From positions 28,396,001 to 28,460,000 of the forward strand of contig OX597836.1 of NCBI GenBank assembly GCA_951406725.2: a stretch of DNA of 64,000 nucleotides, given 5' to 3'. Below, piece after piece: positions 34,041-44,935 of the stretch (positions within the stretch are counted from its first letter, which is position 1; every line of letters starts with the position of its first letter). The notes beneath the pieces are model-generated. The model had not been told where the DNA came from. It was given only the letters and a program-made list of their open reading frames with translations, and did not search any database. This DNA comes from Octopus vulgaris (lineage: Eukaryota). The translations under genes were made by a program, and so were the position numbers.

Positions 34041-35369
34041 ACTAATCATAACACGAATATGGCTTCCGATGTCAGTAAGTCACGGTTGGATTTCACGGAA
34101 GAAGAAATAAGAAAGGAGCTCTTTCGGTATGGCATCAAAGATATCAACCGAAGTAGTTTACGTCAATTTCGAGAAGAACTTCGGAATTTGGTGAAAAAAA
34201 TATCCTCAAGTTCTCTTCGTAATGTTGGTAAATCCACCTCGATTTCGTCTTCTTTCAACAACGTAACTGACACTTGTTTGAAAATCTCTCCTCCAGAACC
34301 CTTTTCTAAAACTCCTCCAACTGCCAAGAACGTTGACGATAAGTCATGCCTGCCTCATACAGACGATCGTCGTCCTGCTAATTCCATGGAGCCGTCGATT
34401 GTTACCGTTTCTCACAATCGGCCCCAGAAAACAGCTGAATGTTCCAAACACGTTGCTTGCAGAAGAAGCTGTCAATTGTTCAACAGTGCCAATAAGGTGG
34501 ATGGTCACTCGGGTATGACACTCAACCATCAATACACACAAACTCAACAGCCACTGACTAATCGATCGGAAACGGAACATGAAAAGCAGGAGAATCTCCT
34601 TCAAACTTTCACCAGAAAAAACGTTCCGCAGCCAAACCAGGTAAATAGATTTGATCATCCCAAGAACAAAGAAAACGCCTGGTCTCGTCATATCGCACCT
34701 TCGTCATCTCTCTCATCGCAAGTATCGGTCCCCAAACCATCACAAATCGCCTCCAACGACACCGAAAGCAATGCCATGAAAGATTATTTACTAAAGACGT
34801 TGAACAAACCTCCACGACTAAACACTTATGTTACCAAGAGGAAGATCTCTCGCAAAGGCTCCGATGGTAAACGTTACATCGACAGAAGTGAATCTGTGTG
34901 TAGTATCAGTAGCACCAGTTGTAGTAGTGTCTGTGGCAGTTGCTGTAGCAGTATCGCTGACCCCGCTGAGTGCCAGAATCGTCTGAGAGAGATAACAAAC
35001 AGAGGCGGCCAGTTCTGTCAAAGATCCCTGAGTTCTTGTGATAACCGGTTCAGGTCATCAACTATAGTTACTCCATCACAGCCGAGGTTGAAGAAAAACA
35101 GAAAGACAGACCCCGTGAGTAGGTTCCATGAATTCCAAAGCTACTGGAAATTGCACAAGCCTCCCGGTGAAAATAATCACAACGCCCTTCGGTGGAGCAT
35201 TAAAGAGAAAATTGCCAAACACGACGTCATAGGAAGCCGTCCACGGAAAACTTTCGTGCCCAATAATTATGTGATACCCTCACAAAACCCGAGACATTCT
35301 CTTCGATGGCAGGTGCGGACTGATCTGGCTCACGGCGCGATGCCAACCACCAAATATAACGACTATTAA
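34020..35369 (+). CDS. HYLS1: HYLS1-like centriolar/ciliogenesis protein (single-exon CDS; ATG 34059 may be the real start)
   Basis: 449 aa uninterrupted ORF. C-terminal HYLS1 box KTDPVSRFHEFQSYW..PGENNHNALRWSIKE and PNNYVIPSQNPRHSLRWQVRTDLA; N-terminal FTEEEIRKEL..G....SLRQFREELRNLV helix; Ser-rich linker. Confidence 0.9.
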   Translation: MPPAEGVTNHNTNMASDVSKSRLDFTEEEIRKELFRYGIKDINRSSLRQFREELRNLVKKISSSSLRNVGKSTSISSSFNNVTDTCLKISPPEPFSKTPPTAKNVDDKSCLPHTDDRRPANSMEPSIVTVSHNRPQKTAECSKHVACRRSCQLFNSANKVDGHSGMTLNHQYTQTQQPLTNRSETEHEKQENLLQTFTRKNVPQPNQVNRFDHPKNKENAWSRHIAPSSSLSSQVSVPKPSQIASNDTESNAMKDYLLKTLNKPPRLNTYVTKRKISRKGSDGKRYIDRSESVCSISSTSCSSVCGSCCSSIADPAECQNRLREITNRGGQFCQRSLSSCDNRFRSSTIVTPSQPRLKKNRKTDPVSRFHEFQSYWKLHKPPGENNHNALRWSIKEKIAKHDVIGSRPRKTFVPNNYVIPSQNPRHSLRWQVRTDLAHGAMPTTKYNDY

Positions 35370-35709
35370 GGACGTTTTTCTCTATGTGTGTGATTTTCGT
35401 TTGAATCAGTTCATTCTTCGTATACTTAGTTTTACAGATTAAGTTGATATATATATATATATATAAATCAAGTTGTTGTACATATGTTGATTTGTTCAAA
35501 TTAAGTTGTATATATTTTGAGGTGTGTCCAAACTTTGTAAATATCTCTAAATGTAAAAACAGTTTTTCACCAGAATGAATGCATTTAATAGAAACAACAA
35601 AAATTGTACAATATACAATGTATTTATATTTCTACCACGTGTATAGTTTTTCTTTCCTGTATTTTTAAGATGAGGAATTATGTACATTATTTACAATGGG
35701 AAGATAGGT

Positions 35710-36830
35710 GTCCTGACCTTGTTTGTTATCACAACGTTTCGGCTGATGTACTCTCCAGCCTTCTTCGGGTGGAATTTCGAACCCAGCCCTTTATTTGACC
35801 AATGGGGTACACTGTTCTCATTCCTAAGATATGTTGCTTAGGAGGTTGTTGTGTCCTAGCATATGTGCAACCTCTCTTAATTTTCGTATTTTCCAGCGGT
35901 GTTCTCTGTTGATTATTTTAGCTTCATCCCACAGGGGCAGGTGGTGTCCGTTTTTCCACATCCCCTCATGTCACAGCTTTATGATGTTCCTCTACCCTTA
36001 CTTTAAAAGGGCAGCTTGTTTCACCTTTGTATAACCTACCACAGCTGCATGGCGAAACATACCGCCCCCTTAAAGTAAGGGTAGAGGAACATCATAAACC
36101 TGTGACACGAAAGGGTGTTGAAAAATCGGATGTAGCTGATCATGTATAGAAAAATGGGGACCACCTCCCGCTGTGGGATAAAGTTTAAATAATTGACAGA
36201 GAACACCCCTGGAAAATACGAAAATTAAAAGAGGCTGCACATATGCTAGAACACAATAACCTCCTAAGCAAACCTAGTGCAGATATGAATTTAATATGAG
36301 AACCAGTATTAAGAAAAGATAAAATACTAGGTTTATAAGCCCTAAAATTCACTCTATAATTATCCACAGATCCAGCCTCGTCTGGCACCTGTGTCGGTGG
36401 CACATAAAATCACCCACTACACTCTTGGAGTGGTTGGTGTTAGGAAGGGCATCCAGCTGTAGAAACACTGCCAGATCTGACTGGCCTGGTGCAGCCTTCG
36501 GGCTCCCCAGACCCCAGTTGAACCGTCCAACCCATGCTAGCATGGAAAGCGGACGTTAAACGATGATGATGATATAGTGTAGTGGATAAGAGCATGGGCT
36601 ACTAATCCTTGGATTCAAAGTTCAATCACAGGTAGGGGCTTGAAAAATAATATCAACAGAAAAATAACATCAGCAACATCCCTGAGGAATGAGAACAGTG
36701 TATCCCATTAGTCAAATAAAGGATTAGGTTCGAAATTCCACCAGAACACCTGATGGAGGCTGGAAAGTACATCAGCCGAAATGTTGTGATAACAACAAAC
36801 AAGTTGAGGACACTGATCCATCTGTTGTAA
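35710..36830. mobile_element. Penelope-like element remnant as an inverted pair (GIY-YIG fragments plus terminal repeats with hammerhead-like motifs)
   Basis: Minus 35830-36055: PCSCGRLYKGET..FKVRVEEH. Plus 36060-36320: LKVRVEEH..VADH..RKLKEA. 35715-35830 is the inverse of 36680-36805; both carry C(T/C)GANG(A/G)..GGCTG..CAGCC-GAAA. Confidence 0.8.
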
Positions 36831-37182
36831 ATAAAGTAGTTTTTCTTTCTTCAGTTAATACCTCATATAGTATTATGGCAACCTTGTGCCAAATAAAATT
36901 ATTTTGTTTTAATCCCACTTCCTCAGTTTGGGATTGGAGGTAAGCGATCTCAACCGTTTTCAACAGTGTTACAAAGTGAGGTAAAATTAACTGGTTTCGG
37001 ATGTGAATTGAACTGCTAGAAATTAACCATGCTATTCTGCTGTTCTTTATTACAACAGAGAACTATTGGGTAATTAACTTTAGCATTCAGATGATTCTGT
37101 CAAATGTAATGCATGTGCGTAGTCTGGCAAGATCTGTGTGTAAGATGATAACTCAACAGGAACTGCAAAAGTCCTTTCAGGA

Positions 37183-37588
37183 TCATCATCATCATCATCG
37201 TTTAACGTCCATTCTCCATGCTAGCATGGGTTGGACGGTTCGACCAGGGATCTGGGAAGCCAGAAGGCTGCACCAGGCTCCGGTCTTATCTGGCAATGTT
37301 TCTACAGCTGGATGCCCTTCTTAACGCCAACCACTCCGTGAGTGTAGTGGGTGCTTTTTACGTGCCACCGACACGGAAGCCAGTCGAGGCTGGCATCGGC
37401 CACAGTCGGATTGGTGCATTTTATGTGCCACCGGCACGGAAGCCAGTCGAGGTGGCACTGGCTTCGGCCACGATTCGGATGGTGTTTTTTGCGTGCCACC
37501 GACACGGAAGCCAGTCGAGGCGGCGCTGGCATTGGCCACGATTCGGATAGTGCTTTTTACGTACCACCAGTCCAGGGGTCCTGGCATC
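37183..37588 (-). mobile_element. RTE LINE 3'-end fragment with 4 internal tandem units
   Basis: (ATC)n tail and family core; tandem GGTGC.TTTTA.GTGCCACCG.CACGGAAGCCAGTCGAGG units. Confidence 0.8.
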
Positions 37589-37589
37589 T

Positions 37590-38210
37590 TAAAATAATAA
37601 TGAGCTTATTGTATACAGTGCTCAGGTGCACCACAACTCATCAGAAAAAGTAGCCCAAAAGTGTATGAACAGTAAATAGAATAATGCACAGGGAGTGAAC
37701 AGTGAATTAGTCATTTTAAAAAAATGTAGTTGGTGGGAGATCATCAGGTGTACTGTTGGTGAATTTCAGGAAGCATGGGAGTTTTGAAGGATGTAGTGTC
37801 CCAACAGTTAACAACCAATGCAGGGAGTTTATTCCATGTTTCAAGAATTCTGAGTGTGAAAAAATGTTTCTGAAAGTCATGGGTGCTGGGTTGTTTTTTG
37901 ATTTTGTAAGCATGTCCACAAGTGTTGGAGATATGGAATTCAAACATGTGCCCAAGGTTGTTGTTGGAAAGATGGTGGATAATCTTGTGGGTGTCTACCA
38001 AGTCAGTTACCAGACAACAAAGAATTAATGTATCCATGCCCAGGGAAGCAAGATATTCAGAGTCTGGTTGATACCTGATGGTGGGTATTCATCTAGTTAC
38101 ACATTCCTTAACAGTTTCCAGAAGATTGATAAACTGAACAAGATAGGGGTTCCAGACTGGTGATGCAAACTTTGGACGTACCATAGCCATATACAGCTTT
38201 AAAAGATGGA
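37590..38210 (-). mobile_element. CR1-type LINE 3' remnant
   Basis: VRPKFASPVWNPY and GHAYKIKK..HFFTLRILETWNKLPALVV..TSFK, typical of the CR1 ORF2 C-terminus. Confidence 0.8.
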
Positions 38211-38780
38211 TTCCTTATATCTTAGTCCTTATCAATCAATCTAAATATTAGAGATTTTGTGATATAACCTAAGGTGAAGAACATGCAAAGTGTGTACATC
38301 CATATAAAATTCATCATATATCACCATTGCCTTAACATAAACTTCTCCATGCTCGCATGGGTCAGATGGGATTTGTTGAGGGTAGATTTTCTATGGACTG
38401 GATGCCCTTCCTGTTGCTAACCCTCATCTGTTTTCATGCAAGATATTAATATTTCCTATGTTTGTTGTGAGAGATGAAGGATAAACAACACCACTTGTAT
38501 GATGGTTATGCTTGCCTACAACCATTGCATGTTGTCAAGACAAGGATACACACAAACACACACAGTCATACACATACATAAGGACAAGGAAGCCCTTGGA
38601 ATTCCAAGATGCAGCCACGAATATAGATTATGTCATATCTCTGTGGAAGATATAACACATGTGATTAGCAGCTGCCCCAAAAATGTAATCAAGGTACTAC
38701 CTCTCTATGTGACATGACAGTGTTGCAAAAACATACAATGCCATTTGGTAAAAAAAAATTATAATAAATAAGAATAAATA

Positions 38781-39156
38781 TAGGAGTGGCTGTGTGGTAA
38801 GTAGCTTGTTTACCAACCACATGGTTCCGGGTTCAGTCCCACTGCGTGGCACCTTGGGCAAGTGTCTTCTACTATAGCCTCGGGCCGACCAAAGCCTTGT
38901 GAGTGGATTTGGTAGACGGAAACTGAAAGAAGCCTGTCGTATATATATGTATTTGTGTGTCTGTGTTTGTCCCCTTAGCATTGCTTGACAACCGATGTTG
39001 GTGTGTTTACGTCCCCGTTACTTAGCGGTTCGGCAAAAGAGACCGATAGAATAAGTACTGCGCTTACAAAGAATAAGTCCCGGGGTCGATTTGCTCGACT
39101 AAAGGCGGTGCTCCAGCATGGCCGCAGTCAAATGACTGAAACAAGTAAAAGAGTAA
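38781..39156 (+). mobile_element. tRNA-derived SINE (family A)
   Basis: Complete family sequence with A/B-box-like head. Confidence 0.88.
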
Positions 39157-39401
39157 TAGAGAATCCCCCTGTTATTGAATACATACACAAATACCAGCAC
39201 GAGGAATACTTGTGTAACATTCCCATCAAAACATCTGTCAAGTGTAAGCATAACAGGGCAGATATTGCTGCTTGGTGCAAACAAGAAAAAGTATGTACTG
39301 TCATAGAGGTCAGCTGTCCTGATGATGTGAATATTGCTTTGAAAATCAAAGAGAAAGAAGATAACTGTGGAGAGCTGCTTTGAAAGCTCTAGCTTCTATA
39401 T

Positions 39402-39604
39402 ACTCTTACTCTTTTACTTGTTTCAGTCATTTGACTGTGGCCATACTAGAGCACTGTCTTTAGTTGAACAAATCGACCCCAGGACTTATTCTTTGTAAGC
39501 CTAGTCCTTACTCTATTGGTCTCTTTTGCCGAACTGCTAAGTTTCGGGGATGTAAACACACCAGCATCGGTTGTCAAGCAATGTTGGGGGGGACAAACAC
39601 ATAT

Positions 39605-39653
<49 letters not shown>

Positions 39654-39820
39654 CATATATATGACAGGCTTCTTTCAGTTTCTGTCTACCAAATCCACTC
39701 AGAAGGCTTTGGTCGGCCTGAGGCTATAGTGGAAGACGCTTGCCCAAGGTGCCACACAGTGGGACTGAACCCGGAGCCATGCGGTTGGCAAGCAAGCTAC
39801 TTACCACACAGCCACTCCTG
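39402..39820 (-). mobile_element. tRNA-derived SINE (family A)
   Basis: Complete family sequence, inverted relative to 38781-39156. Confidence 0.88.
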
Positions 39821-40242
39821 TACCTGTGTCCGGATTACTAATTTACATTTATACCAATAATAATTGGAGCGCTTCATCTTGTAAGTAAATGCCTGTCAGT
39901 CTGGATAAGCTTGGATTTTTAGAAAAAGAAATCAACCGACTGACTCGCATATTGCAAATACAATCTGTAAGGGGAACAGTAAGACTATGCAAGACTTTTC
40001 TCAGGTTTAAAATGTGACATTGTTTTCATTATCTACATTCCAAAGATGGAGCTTTGTATCTCTGTTACAAAGCAACTCCATCTTCAGAGGAAGAATTTAA
40101 ATGATTAAAAATCGAAAAGAACATACAGAATATTTGTACAATGGGCTTCTTTCAGTTTCTGTCTCCTGAATCCACTCATTAAGCTTTGGTCAGTGCAAGG
40201 CTGTAGTAAAGTACACTTGCCCCAAAATTGTTAACCAGACAA

Positions 40243-40640
40243 CATCATCATCATCATCGTTTAACGTCCATTCTCCATGCTAGCATGGATTGGACGGTTC
40301 GACCGGGGATCTAGGAAGCCAGAAGGCTGCATCAGGCTCCAGTCTGATCTGGCAGTGTTTCTACAGCTGGATGCCCTTCCTAACGCCAACCACTCCGTGA
40401 GTGTAGTGAGTGCTTTTTACGTGCCAGGTGACGCTGGCAACGGCCACAATCGGATTGGTGCATTTTACGGAAGCCAGTCAAGGTGGCGCTGGCATCAGCC
40501 ATGATTTGGATGGTGCTTTTTACGTGCCACGGGCACGGAAGCCAGTCTAGGCGGTGCTGGCATCGGCTACGTTCAGATGGTGCCTTTTATGTGTCACCGG
40601 CACAGGGATTGCAACTGCAGTTTCCATTGATTTTGATGTT
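40243..40640 (-). mobile_element. RTE LINE 3'-end fragment
   Basis: (ATC)n tail, family core and tandem units. Confidence 0.8.
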
Positions 40641-40924
40641 GGTGTACATTCAGAAGAAATGCATCAATGTCATATTCTTTACCATTACAACGAGAAAATT
40701 CCAGAATCTAGATGCTGCTGCTTAGCTTAGGAATACTGTTATTAGTAGCTATTGTCAGAGCCGTAAGAGAGCAGAGTAGGAAATAGTTTGCTGTATTCGT
40801 TCTGATTTTACTGTGCTCTGTGAACAAATTTCACTGACATCCTGATTTTGCCTTTCATCCTTTCGGATCAACAGAATATAATACCATTGCAGATTGGTGG
40901 ATTTGCAGAATTGTTACATTATTA

Positions 40925-41325
40925 CTCTCTTTACTCTTTTACTTGTTTCAGTCATTTGACTGCAGCCATGCTGGAGCACCGCCTTTAGTCGAGCAAATCG
41001 ACCCCGGGACTTATTCTTTGTAAGCCCAGTACTTATTCTATCGGTCTCTTTTGCCGAACCGCTAAGTGATGCGGACGTAAACACACCAGCAACGGTTGTC
41101 AAGCAATGCTAGGGGGACAAACACAGACACATACATACACATATATATATATACATATATACGACAGGCTTCTTTCAGTTTCCATCTACCAAATCCACTC
41201 ACAAGGCATTGGTCGGCCCGGGGCTATAGTGGAAGACACTTCCCCAAGATGCCACGCAGTGGGACTGAACCTGGAACCATGTGGTTGGTTAGCAAGCTAC
41301 TTACCACACAGCCACTCCTGCGCCT
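40925..41325 (-). mobile_element. tRNA-derived SINE (family A)
   Basis: Complete family sequence. Confidence 0.88.
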
Positions 41326-42227
41326 ATTACTAATATTAATTGTGGCGCAATGTCAGTAATTTTGGTGGAGGGGGTTGAGTCGATTACATCAATCTCAGTG
41401 CTTCACTGGGCCTTATTTTATCAATCTCGGAGGATGAAAAGCAAAGCTGCCCTCGGTGGAATTTGAATTCAGAATGCAAAGAGGGACGAAATGTGGCTAA
41501 GCATTTTCACTGGTGTGCTAAGGATTCTGCTAGCTTGCCGCCCTAAAAAGCATAATCGCTTCTCTTGCAGGGAACTGAGTCTCTGATTCCTGTGTCATGG
41601 GCAGGGACACTTACCAGTATACTATCAAGGGCCAGCCAAATTATTACTAATATTAATAGAGAGGGTAAAGTGGTGAGCTGGCAGAATGGTTTGCATGCTA
41701 AGTAAAAAGCTTAATGGCATTTTTGTCCGTCGTTACATTCTGAGTTCAAATTCCACTGAAGTTGACTTTGCTTTTCATCCTTCTGGGGTCAATAAAATAA
41801 ATACCAGCTGAACACCAGGGTCAACGCAACTGAGTTATATATGCATAAAGAAGCCCATTGTATACACACACACACACATACAAGGCTTCAATAGCACCCA
41901 TTTTCCACTTCGCATGTCCATGCTGTTTCCAACACTTGCACCATAACACCACCAATAGTTTCAGACCCCACTTCTCTGATTTCTCTATTGATACGTAAAC
42001 CCTCTCTTTCAGGTGTCTTCAGGAGAAAGTCAAGTCTGGGGAACGTGTAGGCCATTCAAAGTAGAGCTCACACATAGTTCCAGCAAGATGGGACAACTGC
42101 TCGTACCACAAAAGAAACAATGCAGTTGCTACGGCAATAGTACTTTGGAGAGAGAATAATCTCCCTCTACAGCAATGTCAACTGGCCTTCATGTTCCCTA
42201 GACTTGATACATACATACAGGAGGGAA

Positions 42228-43230
42228 GAGAGTACTTCCTCGAAAATCCAGAGGAGAAGGACTTCCTGGAAAGTTTCAAGGAAGGGAGTACTTCCTGGAA
42301 AGTTCTTAGGAGGGTTGAAGGGGAGGGAGTACTTCCTGGAAAGTCCGAGGATGGAGTGAATGGGAGGTGTTACTTCCTGGAAAGTTTTGAGAAGGGGTGA
42401 AGAGTAAGGAGTACTTCATTGACAGTTCCAAAGAGGTGTGAAGGGGAGGGAGTATTTCCTGGAAAAGTCCAAGAAGGGTTAGTTAGTTAGTTCCACCCCT
42501 CCTGGACGTTTCTAGGAAGTACTACTTTTTCACCCTTCCTTCGAACTTTTCAGGAAGTAACTAAACATCCTCGAACTTTTCCAGGAAGTATTCCCTTCAG
42601 CACTCCTCGGAACTTTCCAGGAAGTACTTTGCTTCACCTCTCCTTGAAACTTTCCAGGATGTCCTCTGAAGTTTCCAGGAAGTACTCCCATCCCTCTATG
42701 GAGCTTTCCAGGAACTCCCCCTCCTCAACTTTTCCAGGAAACACTACTTCTCCTTCACCCCTCCTTGGAATTTTCCGAGAAGTTTCCCTCCTTGGACTTT
42801 TCATGAAATACTCTCTCCCCTTCCCACTTCAACAAAGAAGTCCCCTCCTCGATCTTTTCCAAGAAGTATTCCCTCCCCTTCAAAACCCTTCCTTGAAATT
42901 TTCCAGGTAATATACTTCCTGGAAAGTTCCTAGGCTGTGTACTTCCTGGGAAATTCCAAGGTGTGGGTGACGGGTAGGGAGTATTTCCTGGAAAGTTCAG
43001 AGGAGGGGTGTGAATGGGAGTACTTCCTGGAAAATCCGATGCGTGGGACTTCCTTGAAAGTTCCAAGGAGTGGTGTGCTGGGGATGGAGTACTTCCTGGA
43101 AAGCTTTGAGGAGTGGGGTAAAGGAAAAGGAGTACTTTCTGGAAAATTCTGAGGAGGGGGAACTTCCCGGAAAGTTCCAAGGAGTGGTGTGCTGGGGATA
43201 TAGTACTTCCTGGAAAGTTCCAAGGAGGGC
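42228..43230. repeat. Array of ~29 GAGTACTTCCTGGAAAGTTCC-type units in forward-reverse-forward blocks
   Basis: ~7 forward units (42230-42480), ~13 reverse (42500-42908), ~9 forward (42912-43225); purine-rich variable spacers. Confidence 0.9.
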
Positions 43231-43559
43231 TTGAATATGGGGGGGTTGGGGGAATAACAGTGTGGAAGAATGACATTAAATGGCAAGAATAAAGTGGAGG
43301 ATGTTTATGTGTGCAAATGCATAAACAGGAGAGAAGGCAAGAGAGGAAGATAAGGTGTGAAATTCTGGTGTAGGCAGAGGGAGGGAAATGTAGGTTACAA
43401 AAGTGAGGGATGATTGAAGACCAAAAGGTGTGAAAGTTTTGAGAAGAAAGATGAGCTCCTGTTCCCTCTGAAAGTGGTTGGAGGTCTGATGTTGAAAGCC
43501 AAGCCAAAGACCAAGAGATGTTGGATGGCTTGGAGTAGAAATATTGAGCTATTACCATG

Positions 43560-43835
43560 TGAACTTTCTCCATTTCTATTCTTATTCTAGCAACTAGACT
43601 TCCAAAACATCCTCCTCCACAACTAACTAGGTCTCCTAAGTAACAGAAACTACCTACTATCTTTAGGGATCCTCCTGGGTATTTGAGAAAATCTATTCCC
43701 CATGTATTCTTTATTTGTTTCTTCGGTGCACCTACCACAAACAAAGTCTATTTTTTTCTGTTAACTTCCCTGTAAGTCCCCTGCACCTCTTGTGTGTCCA
43801 TAGTCTGCACTTGGTATACTATATGGAATTTCTAC
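43560..43835 (-). mobile_element. RTE LINE RT fragment
   Basis: LKIVGSFCYLGDLVSCGGGC..ARIRI. Confidence 0.75.
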
Positions 43836-44564
43836 AGATTGAATAAGGTCATTTCTCTAAAAGGAGTATTGACCATCACAGTCTGCAGGCTGTTGCTCCA
43901 ATCTGATCTTTGCCAGATCAGATTGGAGCCTAGTGCAGCCTTCTGGCTCACCAGCCCTCAGTCAAACCGTCCAACCCATACCAGCATGGAAAGTGGACTT
44001 TAAATGATGATGATATATATAAAGGAATAAAAAAAAAGGGGACAAGAACGCAAACCATCCAGACAGTTAGATGATACAAAAAAAGGGACAAGAAAAAACT
44101 AGGATGGGTCATTCGGAGTTTTCTTTCCTCAGGTGATTTCCAGATTATCTTTGCAATTTTGACTGGTTATACTCGAGATTTCTCCAATCTGGCCAGCCCC
44201 AAGGAAAAAACTATGTTAAGAGCACTAGATTCCTTGGAAGAAAGCAGCGATTGTATACAAAAACAAGGATGGAAAAAGAAACAGAGAAATGGTACACAAA
44301 TACAAATAACAGGACATTAACAACAGGTGTCTTTTGACTAAGGATTGGCATGGGCATAAATGTTAGCATGCCGGGCAAAATGAAGATAAGTATTTTGTCT
44401 GTTTTTATGTTCTGAGTTCAAATGCCACTGTGGTTGACTTTGCATTTCATTCTTTTAAGGTCAACAAAATAAGCACCAATTGGGGACTGGGAGGGATGTT
44501 ATTGATTAACCCCTTTCCCCAAAAAGTTTCAGGCCTTGTGCCTATAATAGAAAGGATTCATAAC

Positions 44565-44935
44565 CATCATCATCATCATCATTTAATGCTTGTTCTCCAT
44601 GCTGGCATGAATTAGTTTGACTGGAGCTGGTAAGCTGCACCAGACTCCAGCCTTTTTTGGTTTGGCTTCTACAGCTGGATATCCTTCCCAATGCCAACTA
44701 CTCTGCAACAGCTGCTGGGTTTCTCTTACGTGTCACTGGCATGGTTGCCTTTTACATGTCTCTGACACTGGCTATGATTTCACTTAGCTTGCAGTGTCTT
44801 CTCAAGCGCAGCAAGACACCAGATATCTTGGCGACTTGTCATTGCCTTCATGGGACTCAACACCCAAAGATCATATTTCACCATTTCGTCCCACGTCCTC
44901 CTCAGTCTACCTCTTCTACAGATTCCCTTCACAAT
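44565..44935 (-). mobile_element. 5'-truncated RTE LINE (C-terminus plus tail)
   Basis: VKGICRRGRLRRTWDEMVKYDL..EKT followed by the family tail and (GAT)n. Confidence 0.8.

Larger units (their letters stand above)
38580..40017 (+). mobile_element. Non-LTR retrotransposon remnant with CCHC knuckle and restriction-like endonuclease (R4/R2-group), split by two SINEs
   Basis: YRLCHISVEDITHVISSCP..HDSVA; KHNRADI..CTVIEVSCP..KEKED; FIPIIIGAL; TVRLCKTFL. Confidence 0.8.

Noticed and set aside
42228-43230. CRISPR array (palindromic repeat with variable spacers)
   Set aside because: Eukaryotic context, no cas genes, degenerate repeats, spacers related to each other and of irregular length, orientation flips.
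42755-43744. 329 aa minus-strand ORF as a gene
   Set aside because: Chimeric read-through of an RTE fragment, low-complexity DNA and the minisatellite.
44020-44350. Possible further hammerhead/Penelope terminal repeat
   Set aside because: CTGAGGA occurs on the minus strand but no properly spaced GAAA with closing stems could be drawn.
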